Source: Pseudanabaena sp. | GTDB taxonomy: Bacteria; Cyanobacteriota; Cyanobacteriia; Pseudanabaenales; Pseudanabaenaceae | NCBI GenBank assembly: GCA_003249035.1 | Contig: QBMK01000015.1 | Coordinates: 22,833-86,832, forward strand | Reading direction: 5' to 3' | DNA length: 64,000 nt | In this document: positions 11,201-18,781 of the stretch, piece after piece | Position numbering within the stretch: the stretch's first letter is position 1 | Layout: every line of letters starts with the position of its first letter | Notes under the pieces: generated by a model | The model's database searches: none | Told to the model about the DNA's origin: nothing | Seen by the model: the letters and a program-made list of their open reading frames with translations, nothing else | Position numbers and translations under genes: made by a program

Positions 11201-11550
11201 CCCAAACAATATTCATTGATTACTTGATTAGAAATATTAATCACTTCAATCAGCAATTCTTTGGCAACCCAATCAAGATCGGCACGGCGATCGCGAAACA
11301 TGTTGATTGAAGCCTCAAGATTGCTAGTTATTTCTGCAAAGGGAGAGGAACGGATATTAAAGTTAGCTTTAGTTGCGGCATCTTGAATCAACTTAATCGT
11401 AGAAATTATACTATCAATTTGTTGGCTAAAATTTGGCAGGCTTAAATCTAATTCCAAAATTTTATTTTTTAACTCATGCGTCAATGCTTGAGATTCTTTA
11501 GAAAAGATTTTTTTAGTTTGTGGAACAGTTTTAATCATCGGGAAATTCAT
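8242..11550 (-). CDS. Atypical CheA-like hybrid kinase (short Hpt, ~320-aa acidic insert, kinase core with degenerate G2 box, CheW-like, REC)
   Basis: 1102 aa. HELKN at aa 25-29 aligns with HSLKG of the neighbouring CheA. N box (LLRNAFKHGIE) and G1 (DDGCGID) are present. The G2 lid reads SEAGAKLSDV (9394-9411) instead of SGRGxGxD. The REC acidic pocket is E-S (8596-8601) instead of D/E-D. The D/E-rich region spans about aa 150-470. Confidence 0.8.
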   Translation of the reverse strand: MNFPMIKTVPQTKKIFSKESQALTHELKNKILELDLSLPNFSQQIDSIISTIKLIQDAATKANFNIRSSPFAEITSNLEASINMFRDRRADLDWVAKELLIEVINISNQVINEYCLGIDLAKDWVEIQQNLFSQVNEHLQLETNETLSQRYLELNDRTNELSNIEDKPEDLHLFDIDFGVDSDLADQDVYYENPTEEIDNPEVNLITQTGQLDDYLNFSESPQDLLGGSIDELEKLFPRLFEDSPEWDLDGLIENLNESSNQERLPMPELLAEIFSQSSEQLQGSEDETEIQGTKWNEQDLAEEKDIREDGDAWSKFTIMDSWTRTNDEELVPAFDLSDFDLSNDDKAVDEPLVNFFESLDHITSRLDSAQNLQAPKTTSPNPDNSSTLAEVLKEDFPASDIDTAIEESPIYQNNPDNFDSSWQDLSIIDFGDKEISFADFSALPIVAKSEMDLSRKSDVLIAARGNDGAIRIPLNHLEMLGDLSEELLVRKGSLDIYLNEIKSLSEEAQKQLQLLETNSNSQNQTAIAGIQNAVEQIDNVLALTEQQADAMSQDVYHLRKNLRQVLKHPISSLVRRFPRILRDLSLQYGKQVELVVQGAEVEVERLISGIIAEPLELLLRNAFKHGIESPQERQQEGKVSQGKIEFIITQTDESTIIKVSDDGCGIDIDEIRHQVEQSAAIAGMPSFSTMDMSDEQLISLILEPSFNLVQSNSEAGAKLSDVKKKLRKFGGTISVQSQRGKGTQFTLVLPNILSLIRVLLIDINQMCLAISSKMISEVIPIEANDNLSGEKENLLWRDRLLPIVRLNSFLRLNCRTNLRSKSTKSQQSTNLAESQKPDHAAPSFLVIQHENELFALQTDGCWHDQEATFHQIEGDIILSPIFLGTVILGSNQAIALLNPAELVKQCQRPNLPVLASHSIHSNVDDSGDRSFSVDTEPSMFDSLDATEQRSHEPENLESSVMFTSELTPPQMRRSLQPRVLIVESSANIRRYLAMTLTKSGFLTEQVQDGKEAISFLKDCLKISLNVAVVITDLEIHHTDGFNLLSSIRADIDLKNLPIIVLTDKTNESDRKLALDLGANAYFCKPYREQELINKLNQIISS

Positions 11551-11629
11551 TGCTTTTATTCTCTGCTAAGCTTCTCTGCTAAAATCAGCCCTAAGCGTGC
11601 TGCTTATCCTTGCTACGCTCAATTAAACT

Positions 11630-14600
11630 TTAGCGAGTTTTAAAATTAGTCAAGGATTGCTGGAGTTCTCCAGAATGCTCTTTGGTTTCTTTAACTAACT
11701 TGGAAGCTTCTGAAGAAGATGCAAGAGTCCGTTTAGCCATATTAGAAATATCGTTCATCAAGTTAGCAACCCCTTCAGATGTCTGGACTTGTGAAGTCGT
11801 CGCCTCTGAAATTGCGACCATTAATCCATCAATTTGTTGAGAAATTTTGGAAACCTGATGCAAGCTATCCTTGGCAGAGATCGCTAAGGTATTACTCTCT
11901 GAAATTTGCATGCTACCTGAATCAACTGCTGCCATCATTGCGGAAGTCTCACGTTGAATATTGCTTAGTAGGTTTTCCACTTCTTTCGTCGCAGTAACTG
12001 AACGAGCCGCTAGCTCTCCGACCTCTTCTGCAACCATTATAAATCCACTACTCGAATCACTTGAGCGAGATGCTTCAAGTGTTGCATTGATCGCCAGAAA
12101 GTTAGTCTTAATCGCAATTTCATTAATTGAAGAAATTGCCTTAGAAATTTTTTGGGATGTAACGCCAAGATGCTTGACCCTCTTTGCGGTAGTGGCAACT
12201 GTATTTTGCAATTCCCCGACCTTAGCCATTACAGCGTCGATAGTGCGATCGCTATCTGATACTTTTTCTGCTACTAGTTGCGATGATTGCAATGCTTGCT
12301 TACTATCACTAAGAATTCGTGTTGCTGATAGCTTCGACATTTGCATTGTATTTAGCGATCGCGTCACAATATCTACTTGCCTTTGTGAGACATTAGCTAA
12401 ATTAGCGATCGCCTGTTCATTTTGTCCGAGTGAGAAATTAACTTGGTTTGCCGACGACTTAACTTGACCAACAATATTTTGTAAGCCTCGAATGATATCA
12501 TCAAAGAATAAAGCGACATTTGGCAAGCTGCCATCTATCGATTGAGTGGAAACAGTAAGATCGCCATCGGCTAAAGCTTGTACATCTTTGAGCATTCGCA
12601 TCAAATGCCCTTGAAGTTCTTCTTTCTGTTGACGATAGCTCTCAACTTCAGCATTTCGTTGTACTAACTCTGAGCGTACTTTTTTGCCCATACGCAATAC
12701 ATTCTCATCAGACAAGTCCGCATTATGGACTCCGCGTTTTTCTTCTCTAGCCAGCTTTGCTAAGACATTAAACAACTTCACTACTTGCAATTGCAAGTTT
12801 TGCTTTTCCTGTTCTTGCTTCTGCATCATCGTCTGAAATTGTTCAGACATCTTATTGATACTTAAGGAAATATCTGAAATTTCATCATTCCCATCCACAC
12901 TTAAAGCCCCAAAGCTTAAAGCCGTTTTGCCTTGTCTAAGATCTCGTAAAGCAGCACGAATATCTTTAAGTCTTGAGCTCAGTTTGCGAGACAGAGCATA
13001 GGCTATTATCGCTACCAGCAAAGGTGTTGCAGCGATGCCAACACCGATGACTAGCAGTAGATTTTGATTCCCAGCGATTGCCTTAGCCTTGTCTACTGTC
13101 GTTAATACCCCCCAAGTTGACATGTCATAAGTCTCCACATTAGGCACAGGCGCATAGGCAAGCATCTGCCCATTGCGATCAATCTTCACGATATCTCCTT
13201 GTTCAGAGGATAGTGAAGTTCGCAAATCAGGGAGCTTTGGAAAATCAACTAAGGCATCTTCTCCAACAGTGACTGGTTGTGAGCTCGTTACATATTTGTT
13301 AGCACTATCAATCACATAAAAACTTCTAGTCTCTCTAGCATTAGCTTCTAATTTACTATCATTGGCTAAATCGTTCACCAATTTTTCTACAGGAATCTCA
13401 ACCTGCAAAATCATATTGCCTTTTTTTGAGGCAGAACTCTCGATCAACCTAACTGCATATAAATGTACGCCTTCTTTACCCACTACTGGGTTACTAAACA
13501 AGACATTATCCACAGAATCGACTTTACTGAGGATATTAGGGTTAAGAGTTTGTAGGGTTTTCGAGTTTGCTGATTGGGCGAGTAACTCTCCATTAGTGCT
13601 AAACAACGCGATGCTTGTGTACTGTGGATAAGCTTGAGAATAAAGATTTAGCCGATTAGTCAACTGTTGCTTATATTGACGCTGCTGATTAATTGGCGAA
13701 GAGTTTAAACTATTAGGAGCTTTGGTGTTCGCAGATGGATTGGGCACTGGGAGCTTTGGCTGGGTATTCTGTTCCACTTCTGTCGAGACCAGCAACTTTT
13801 GTAGCACTTCGACATTAGCAGTCTGCTGTCTTAAAAAAGTCTTGGTCACATTTGCTAAAGTATTCGCCTCCTGTTGCTGAGCTTGGGTGACCTTGTTTAA
13901 AAGTAACCCATCCCCTACTTGGTATGCAGCTACCCCCAAGGCGACCGCAGGAATAGTAGCAACCAAAGCACCCCATAGGGTAATCTTTTGGCTGACACTA
14001 GAGAATTTAAACATGTCCTCTAATGCGATCGCTGGGGAATCTTTTTTGTCAGTCGCTTTACTAATTGCTTTACTAAGATCCTTGCTGATCGCTTTACTCG
14101 GAGTTTTACTACGATCTTTGCTGGCAGATTTATTTTTCGAACTCTTTCGCAGCCCTGAGAAAACTGATTTTACAGGTGAAAACTCGATTTTTGGTTTACT
14201 ATTTTGATTTGCTTCTTGAGTATTATCAATCGTACCGCTCAAGTTTAATGGAGAACTATCTTCTATATCTTCTATATCTTCAAGATCTCCAATCATTATA
14301 TTTCCCACATCGCCAACCAACAAAGGCTCATCATCTGGCAATGATTGCTCCTGTAGAGAAGTTGATTGATCCTGCTCCTGAATCAGAGTTTCATCGCCTA
14401 GGAATAGTTGTTCTTGCGGAGAAGATTCTTGCTGGCTGCTTTTAATCAGCACTGCAATGGAAGGTGGAGGCGGTACTACACCATTGCCGTTAATCTTTGC
14501 ATTTACAGCGACAACAGGTTTATTAAGAGCTTTAATTGAAGGGGCTGGTGCAATGGATAGGTCACTAACGGACGTGTCATCATGGTGAACAGCTTGAGAA

Positions 14601-15019
14601 ATACTCCCATTGATAGATGTGCTCTTTGCTTGTGTGGAATCTAGCTGCAATGCTCTGTAGTTTTCTGCTTGAGCTTTATCAGCATAACTAGCTTCGATGT
14701 GATTGGGACTATTGAGGAGAGCGGTCGCTTTTTCAGGAGCTTTTGACTGTGAAATACTTGCTAGCTTGTTTTGGATTTGGGCAAGCGAAGTACTTGCAAG
14801 ATCGAGCAAATCCGGATCGTCTGTAAGAGTCAATACTTGTTGATATTGAGCCTTTGCAAACTCAATTTTCCCCGCCTTGCGAAATGTTGCGCCTAACCAA
14901 ATATGCAGTTTGGGGTTGCGAGGATCTTCATGCAACAATTCTGAGAACTGCTGCATTGCCTCTTCATACCGACCCTCTGCATAGGAGTGTAGAGCCGCCT
15001 GATACTGCGCTGTCATCAT
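11630..15019 (-). CDS. Methyl-accepting chemotaxis protein with long N-terminal cytoplasmic TPR and low-complexity region
   Basis: 1129 aa. N-terminal TPR-like helices (YQAALHSYAEGRYEEAMQQFSELL...) are followed by acidic and K/S-rich low complexity, 2 TM helices flanking a ~290-aa periplasmic domain, HAMP and an MA domain. The tip is divergent: IKTNFLAINATLEASRSSDSSSGFIMVAEEVGELAARS (around 11990-12090). Confidence 0.85.
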   Translation of the reverse strand: MMTAQYQAALHSYAEGRYEEAMQQFSELLHEDPRNPKLHIWLGATFRKAGKIEFAKAQYQQVLTLTDDPDLLDLASTSLAQIQNKLASISQSKAPEKATALLNSPNHIEASYADKAQAENYRALQLDSTQAKSTSINGSISQAVHHDDTSVSDLSIAPAPSIKALNKPVVAVNAKINGNGVVPPPPSIAVLIKSSQQESSPQEQLFLGDETLIQEQDQSTSLQEQSLPDDEPLLVGDVGNIMIGDLEDIEDIEDSSPLNLSGTIDNTQEANQNSKPKIEFSPVKSVFSGLRKSSKNKSASKDRSKTPSKAISKDLSKAISKATDKKDSPAIALEDMFKFSSVSQKITLWGALVATIPAVALGVAAYQVGDGLLLNKVTQAQQQEANTLANVTKTFLRQQTANVEVLQKLLVSTEVEQNTQPKLPVPNPSANTKAPNSLNSSPINQQRQYKQQLTNRLNLYSQAYPQYTSIALFSTNGELLAQSANSKTLQTLNPNILSKVDSVDNVLFSNPVVGKEGVHLYAVRLIESSASKKGNMILQVEIPVEKLVNDLANDSKLEANARETRSFYVIDSANKYVTSSQPVTVGEDALVDFPKLPDLRTSLSSEQGDIVKIDRNGQMLAYAPVPNVETYDMSTWGVLTTVDKAKAIAGNQNLLLVIGVGIAATPLLVAIIAYALSRKLSSRLKDIRAALRDLRQGKTALSFGALSVDGNDEISDISLSINKMSEQFQTMMQKQEQEKQNLQLQVVKLFNVLAKLAREEKRGVHNADLSDENVLRMGKKVRSELVQRNAEVESYRQQKEELQGHLMRMLKDVQALADGDLTVSTQSIDGSLPNVALFFDDIIRGLQNIVGQVKSSANQVNFSLGQNEQAIANLANVSQRQVDIVTRSLNTMQMSKLSATRILSDSKQALQSSQLVAEKVSDSDRTIDAVMAKVGELQNTVATTAKRVKHLGVTSQKISKAISSINEIAIKTNFLAINATLEASRSSDSSSGFIMVAEEVGELAARSVTATKEVENLLSNIQRETSAMMAAVDSGSMQISESNTLAISAKDSLHQVSKISQQIDGLMVAISEATTSQVQTSEGVANLMNDISNMAKRTLASSSEASKLVKETKEHSGELQQSLTNFKTR

Positions 15020-15262
15020 GATCGTCCCTGTATGAAAATACGTCTTTGTTTCAAGAAGGAGGCTTTAAGTCTCTACAAGCTTCCTTATACATAATTAAAC
15101 GCATTTATATGTATATTCTCTAGCGCCATTTTGCTTGTGTTTAGCAAAAAAAGTGCTATCATACAAAAGGATTTGTTGCACTCAGCTAAATAAAAATTGA
15201 AAAAACTGGTTTTATTGCTTGGATGTGATTGGCTCCTCAACCTAAAGTTGGATGAAAGACGC

Positions 15263-15454
15263 GAGTCTGACCCGACTCTTTCTTGGGATGATGCCTGTGA
15301 AGGACCTAGTATGTTCCGATCGACCTTCTAACTATCAGGGTTGTAACCACTGTTAACAACCTCGGTCGATCGCTTCTCATCGTGGAGAAGACTAAATATT
15401 TTCCAAAACTTAATAAGCTGTAGCCAAAGACGCTTGGGGCGAGTAGCTTTTTTT
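15263..15454 (+). promoter_or_regulatory. Candidate structured leader or small RNA ending in a terminator-like hairpin plus T7 run
   Basis: Hairpin GAGTC/GACTC (15263-15278). A 9-bp helix CGATCGACC/GGTCGATCG (15317-15325 with 15364-15372) encloses GGTTGT/ACAACC (15339-15344 with 15356-15361). Hairpin CTTCTC/GAGAAG (15373-15390). An imperfect stem at 15415-15449 is followed by TTTTTTT (15448-15454), about 190 nt upstream of the 15643 ATG. Confidence 0.3.
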
Positions 15455-15642
15455 GCGTGCAGATTTTAAAACTGTCGTTATCTATCTTTTGACTGGTTAG
15501 ATAATGTTGTTTATAGTCGTGCGCTGTAAAGAAAGAGTTATTGTTCTTGGATGTTTAGATTTGCTTGTTTTGTTCTGGAATTCTGCTCAAATTTTTTCTC
15601 GCATACATTTACAACACATAGCATCTAGGACAAAACAGAATC

Positions 15643-16701
15643 ATGAAACGCGAACTACTTAAACAGACTGTCGAACACATTGACATCAAAGCTTTTGATG
15701 TTGTTGGATTGGTTGATGCAATGGCTAACACAGCTTTTCAAGGTAGAAACCTTGGTCGTGCTGCCCATATCTACGACGATATGATCAAAGACAAAGATTG
15801 CGCAATCATCTTGTGTTTGGCAGGTTCTTTATTTAGTGCGGGTCTTAAAGGAGTTGTTTACGACTTAATCGCCAACAACATGGTAGACATGATTGTCTCC
15901 ACGGGCGCAAACATCGTCGATCAAGACTTCTTTGAAGCCCTCGGATTTCGTCACTATGTTGGCGATATTTTGGCTGACGATACTGTACTTCGCGAAAATG
16001 CGATCGATCGCATTTATGACACCTATATCGATGAAGATCAATTGCGTGTTTGCGACATGACGATCGCCGAAATCGCTAATTCTCTTCCACCCCGCCCCTA
16101 TTCTTCCCGTGAGTTCATTCACGAAATGGGCGCGTATCTGGACAAGAATGCTAAGAACCGTCATTCCGTAGTCTTGGCAGCCTATGAGCATCAAGTTCCC
16201 ATCTTCGTTCCTGCTTTCAGTGACTGTTCTGCAGGTTTTGGCTTAGTTCATCATCAGTGGTTCTCTCCTGAAGAGCATGTCAGTATTGACTCTGTCCGCG
16301 ACTTCCGCGAGTTGACTCAGTGCAAGTTGGCTAGCCCTCACACTGGTTTATTTATGATCGGTGGTGGTGTTCCTAAGAACTTCGCTCAAGACACAGTGGT
16401 TGCAGCTGAATTGCTTGGATTTGAGGCGGCAATGCATAAATATGCAGTGCAGATCACTGTTGCTGACGAACGCGATGGCGCTCTGTCTGGTTCTACTTTG
16501 AGAGAAGCCCATTCTTGGGGCAAAGTCGATATCGTTCAAGAGCAAATGGTTTTCTCTGAAGCAACCGTCGCTCTCCCTCTGATTGCTGGCTATGTCTATG
16601 GTAAGAAGAATTGGTGCGATCGCGCTCCTCGTCAATTGGCTCAAGTATTCAACAAGCCATCTATTGCTTTCACGAATATTCCTACACCTGTAGGCGTATA
16701 G
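15643..16701 (+). CDS. Deoxyhypusine synthase-like protein (DHS family)
   Basis: 352-aa ORF recognisable as the deoxyhypusine synthase / homospermidine-synthase-like family (GANIVDQDFFEALG, IGGGVPKNFAQD). Followed by a strong terminator. Confidence 0.8.
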   Translation: MKRELLKQTVEHIDIKAFDVVGLVDAMANTAFQGRNLGRAAHIYDDMIKDKDCAIILCLAGSLFSAGLKGVVYDLIANNMVDMIVSTGANIVDQDFFEALGFRHYVGDILADDTVLRENAIDRIYDTYIDEDQLRVCDMTIAEIANSLPPRPYSSREFIHEMGAYLDKNAKNRHSVVLAAYEHQVPIFVPAFSDCSAGFGLVHHQWFSPEEHVSIDSVRDFRELTQCKLASPHTGLFMIGGGVPKNFAQDTVVAAELLGFEAAMHKYAVQITVADERDGALSGSTLREAHSWGKVDIVQEQMVFSEATVALPLIAGYVYGKKNWCDRAPRQLAQVFNKPSIAFTNIPTPVGV

Positions 16702-16720
16702 ACTGGTTTTACGCTTATCA

Positions 16721-16761
16721 AAAAATAAATGGGTGCGCTTCGCGCACCCATTTATTTTTTG
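16721..16761. terminator. Intrinsic terminator hairpin (bidirectional A-run/T-run)
   Basis: AAATAAATGGGTGCGC-ttc-GCGCACCCATTTATTT followed by TTTT. Confidence 0.8.
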
Positions 16762-16822
16762 ATAAGGCTATATAATCACAGAAAATAATTAGCTCTGGGC
16801 TGCTATTTATGGGAGGAATATA

Positions 16823-18109
16823 ATGGCTATTAAAGTTTTACACCTCTCTGATATTCATCTTGGTAGTACCACTCATGGCAAAGTCAATCCTCAGACGGGA
16901 TTGAATACACGCCTAGAAGACTTTGTAGCGGCGTTGACGATTTGTATAGATCGCGCAATTAACGAGCCAGCCGATATCGTTCTATTTGGTGGTGATGCTT
17001 TCCCTGATGCTACGCCACCGCCACTCGTGCAACAAGCCTTTGCCAAGCAGTTTCGCCGCCTTGCTGATGCTGGGATTCCCACGGTGTTATTAGTGGGAAA
17101 TCACGATCAACATTCACAGGGAGTCGGCGGCGCGAGTTTGGCGATTTATCGAAGTCTAGCCGTGCCAAACTTCACCGTGGGAGACACGATCGCAACACAC
17201 AGAATTTCAACAGAAGCAGGAGAGATTCAGATTGTTACTTTGCCTTGGATTACGCGATCGACTTTGTTAACTAAATCTGAGACAGAAGGCTTCTCGATGA
17301 CTGAAGTAAGCCAGTTTTTGATTGATCGCTTGCAGGTAGTGATCGAAGGTGAAATCCGCCAACTCGATCCACAATTACCGACGATTATGCTGGCACATGT
17401 AATGGTGGATACAGCTACCTATGGAGCAGAGAGATTTTTAGCGGCTGGCAAAGGCTTCACAATTCCACTTTCGATGCTAACTCGTGAAGCCTTTGATTAT
17501 GTGGCACTCGGTCATGTACATCGTCATCAGATTCTAGCCACGCAACCACTTGTGGTTTATCCAGGGAGCATTGAGCGTGTTGATTTTGGAGAAGAGAATG
17601 AGGCAAAAGGATATTGTTGGTTAGAAGTTGAGAAGGGGAATGTAAAGTTTGATTTTTGTCCAATTCCTACCCGCTCTTTTCGGACAATGGAAGTGGATGT
17701 GACTCAATCTGATGATCCACAGGCGAAGTTACTTAAAGCGATCGCCAAAGGGAAAATCGATCAGGCGATCGCCAGACTAATCTATAAGGTCAGAGCTGAG
17801 CAGTTAGCATTAATCGACGATCGCCTATTACATGAAGCAATGGCGATCTCTCATAACTATGCGTTGATCCCTGAAGTTGTTAGCCAAAATCCGCGTAGTA
17901 GGATGCCAGAACTCAGCACCGCCGAGGCACTCGATCCGATGACTGCTCTCAAGACCTATCTCAGCACTCGCGAAGATTTAAAAGGGCTTGAGCCTGAAAT
18001 GTTGACTGCCGCTCAGGAATTACTCAGTGAAATTGGTTTGCATATGGATGAAGCTGATCTTGCTAAGGATTCAGATCAGCCCAGTCAATTGGTGATAAGT
18101 TTCAATTAA
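16823..18109 (+). CDS. sbcD: SbcD/Mre11-family metallophosphoesterase nuclease
   Basis: 428 aa. Calcineurin-like phosphoesterase motifs LHLSDIHLG, GGDAF, GNHD and GHVH are present. No sbcC follows. Confidence 0.8.
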   Translation: MAIKVLHLSDIHLGSTTHGKVNPQTGLNTRLEDFVAALTICIDRAINEPADIVLFGGDAFPDATPPPLVQQAFAKQFRRLADAGIPTVLLVGNHDQHSQGVGGASLAIYRSLAVPNFTVGDTIATHRISTEAGEIQIVTLPWITRSTLLTKSETEGFSMTEVSQFLIDRLQVVIEGEIRQLDPQLPTIMLAHVMVDTATYGAERFLAAGKGFTIPLSMLTREAFDYVALGHVHRHQILATQPLVVYPGSIERVDFGEENEAKGYCWLEVEKGNVKFDFCPIPTRSFRTMEVDVTQSDDPQAKLLKAIAKGKIDQAIARLIYKVRAEQLALIDDRLLHEAMAISHNYALIPEVVSQNPRSRMPELSTAEALDPMTALKTYLSTREDLKGLEPEMLTAAQELLSEIGLHMDEADLAKDSDQPSQLVISFN

Positions 18110-18733
18110 CTGAGCTTGAAGTGTTTCTTTAGAAACATGACGCAATGCGGCAGCACGATCATAAATTTGACTGATACTAATATCAGTACGATCATCTGTT
18201 TCTAAGAGAAATTTGCCATTTGGGATTGTAGCGATCGCTTGCAGAATAGGAGAGCGATCGCTTAAAATTGCGGCTCCAAAGGAGAAATAGAAATCATGCT
18301 TGAGCAGTTGTTGAAAGACTTCTTCTTTCTTATTGAAACCATGAATAATCCAAGGAACCGTAGATTTAGTATCTTTCTTGAGTGCGATTAATTCAGAAAA
18401 TGCTCTCACACAATGAATTACAAGCGGTTTTCGTAACTCTTCAGAAAGTTCTATATGTTTTTTAAAAATAGAAATTTGTGTTTCTAAAGGCAAATCAATA
18501 TTCCGATCTAATCCACATTCACCGATCGCCACAATCTGAGATAATTTCGCTAAATCCACAAGATTTGACCATGCAGCTTCCCATGTTTCTAATTGGATAA
18601 ACCAAGGATGCAAACCAAGACTACAGAAGTTTGGCAGCTCTTTTGCTTGCAATTCTGGCGTAACATGTAGAGTTTGCAAATTGATTAAATCTGGAGATTT
18701 GCGATCGTGATGTGTATGAAAATCAATAAACAT
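18071..18733 (-). CDS. TatD-family metal-dependent hydrolase
   Basis: Begins MFIDFHTHH at the ATG at 18733 (the track ORF starts at a GTG 12 nt upstream). TatD-like pattern GECGLD...HCV. Its 3' end overlaps the sbcD-like gene by 39 nt. Confidence 0.75.
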   Translation of the reverse strand: MFIDFHTHHDRKSPDLINLQTLHVTPELQAKELPNFCSLGLHPWFIQLETWEAAWSNLVDLAKLSQIVAIGECGLDRNIDLPLETQISIFKKHIELSEELRKPLVIHCVRAFSELIALKKDTKSTVPWIIHGFNKKEEVFQQLLKHDFYFSFGAAILSDRSPILQAIATIPNGKFLLETDDRTDISISQIYDRAAALRHVSKETLQAQLIETYHQLTGLI

Positions 18734-18748
18734 ATTCAGACCCACAAA

Positions 18749-18780
18749 TTAGAGAGAGGCGCTTTGCGCCCCTCTCTAAT
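18749..18780 (-). terminator. Hairpin downstream of lpxD
   Basis: AGAGAGAGGCGC-ttt-GCGCCCCTCTCT (one mismatch), located between the lpxD stop and the tatD start. Confidence 0.6.
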
Positions 18781-18781
18781 T

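Noticed and set aside
11383-11385. My first impression that the atypical CheA lacks the Hpt phospho-His (Gln56 aligned to the His of HSLKG).
   Set aside because: A better alignment places HELKN (aa 25-29), followed by LSLPNFSQQIDSII, opposite HSLKG...LNLSKLAHKLEDML of the neighbouring CheA. A candidate phospho-His is therefore present. Only the G2-box and REC-pocket deviations are retained as findings.
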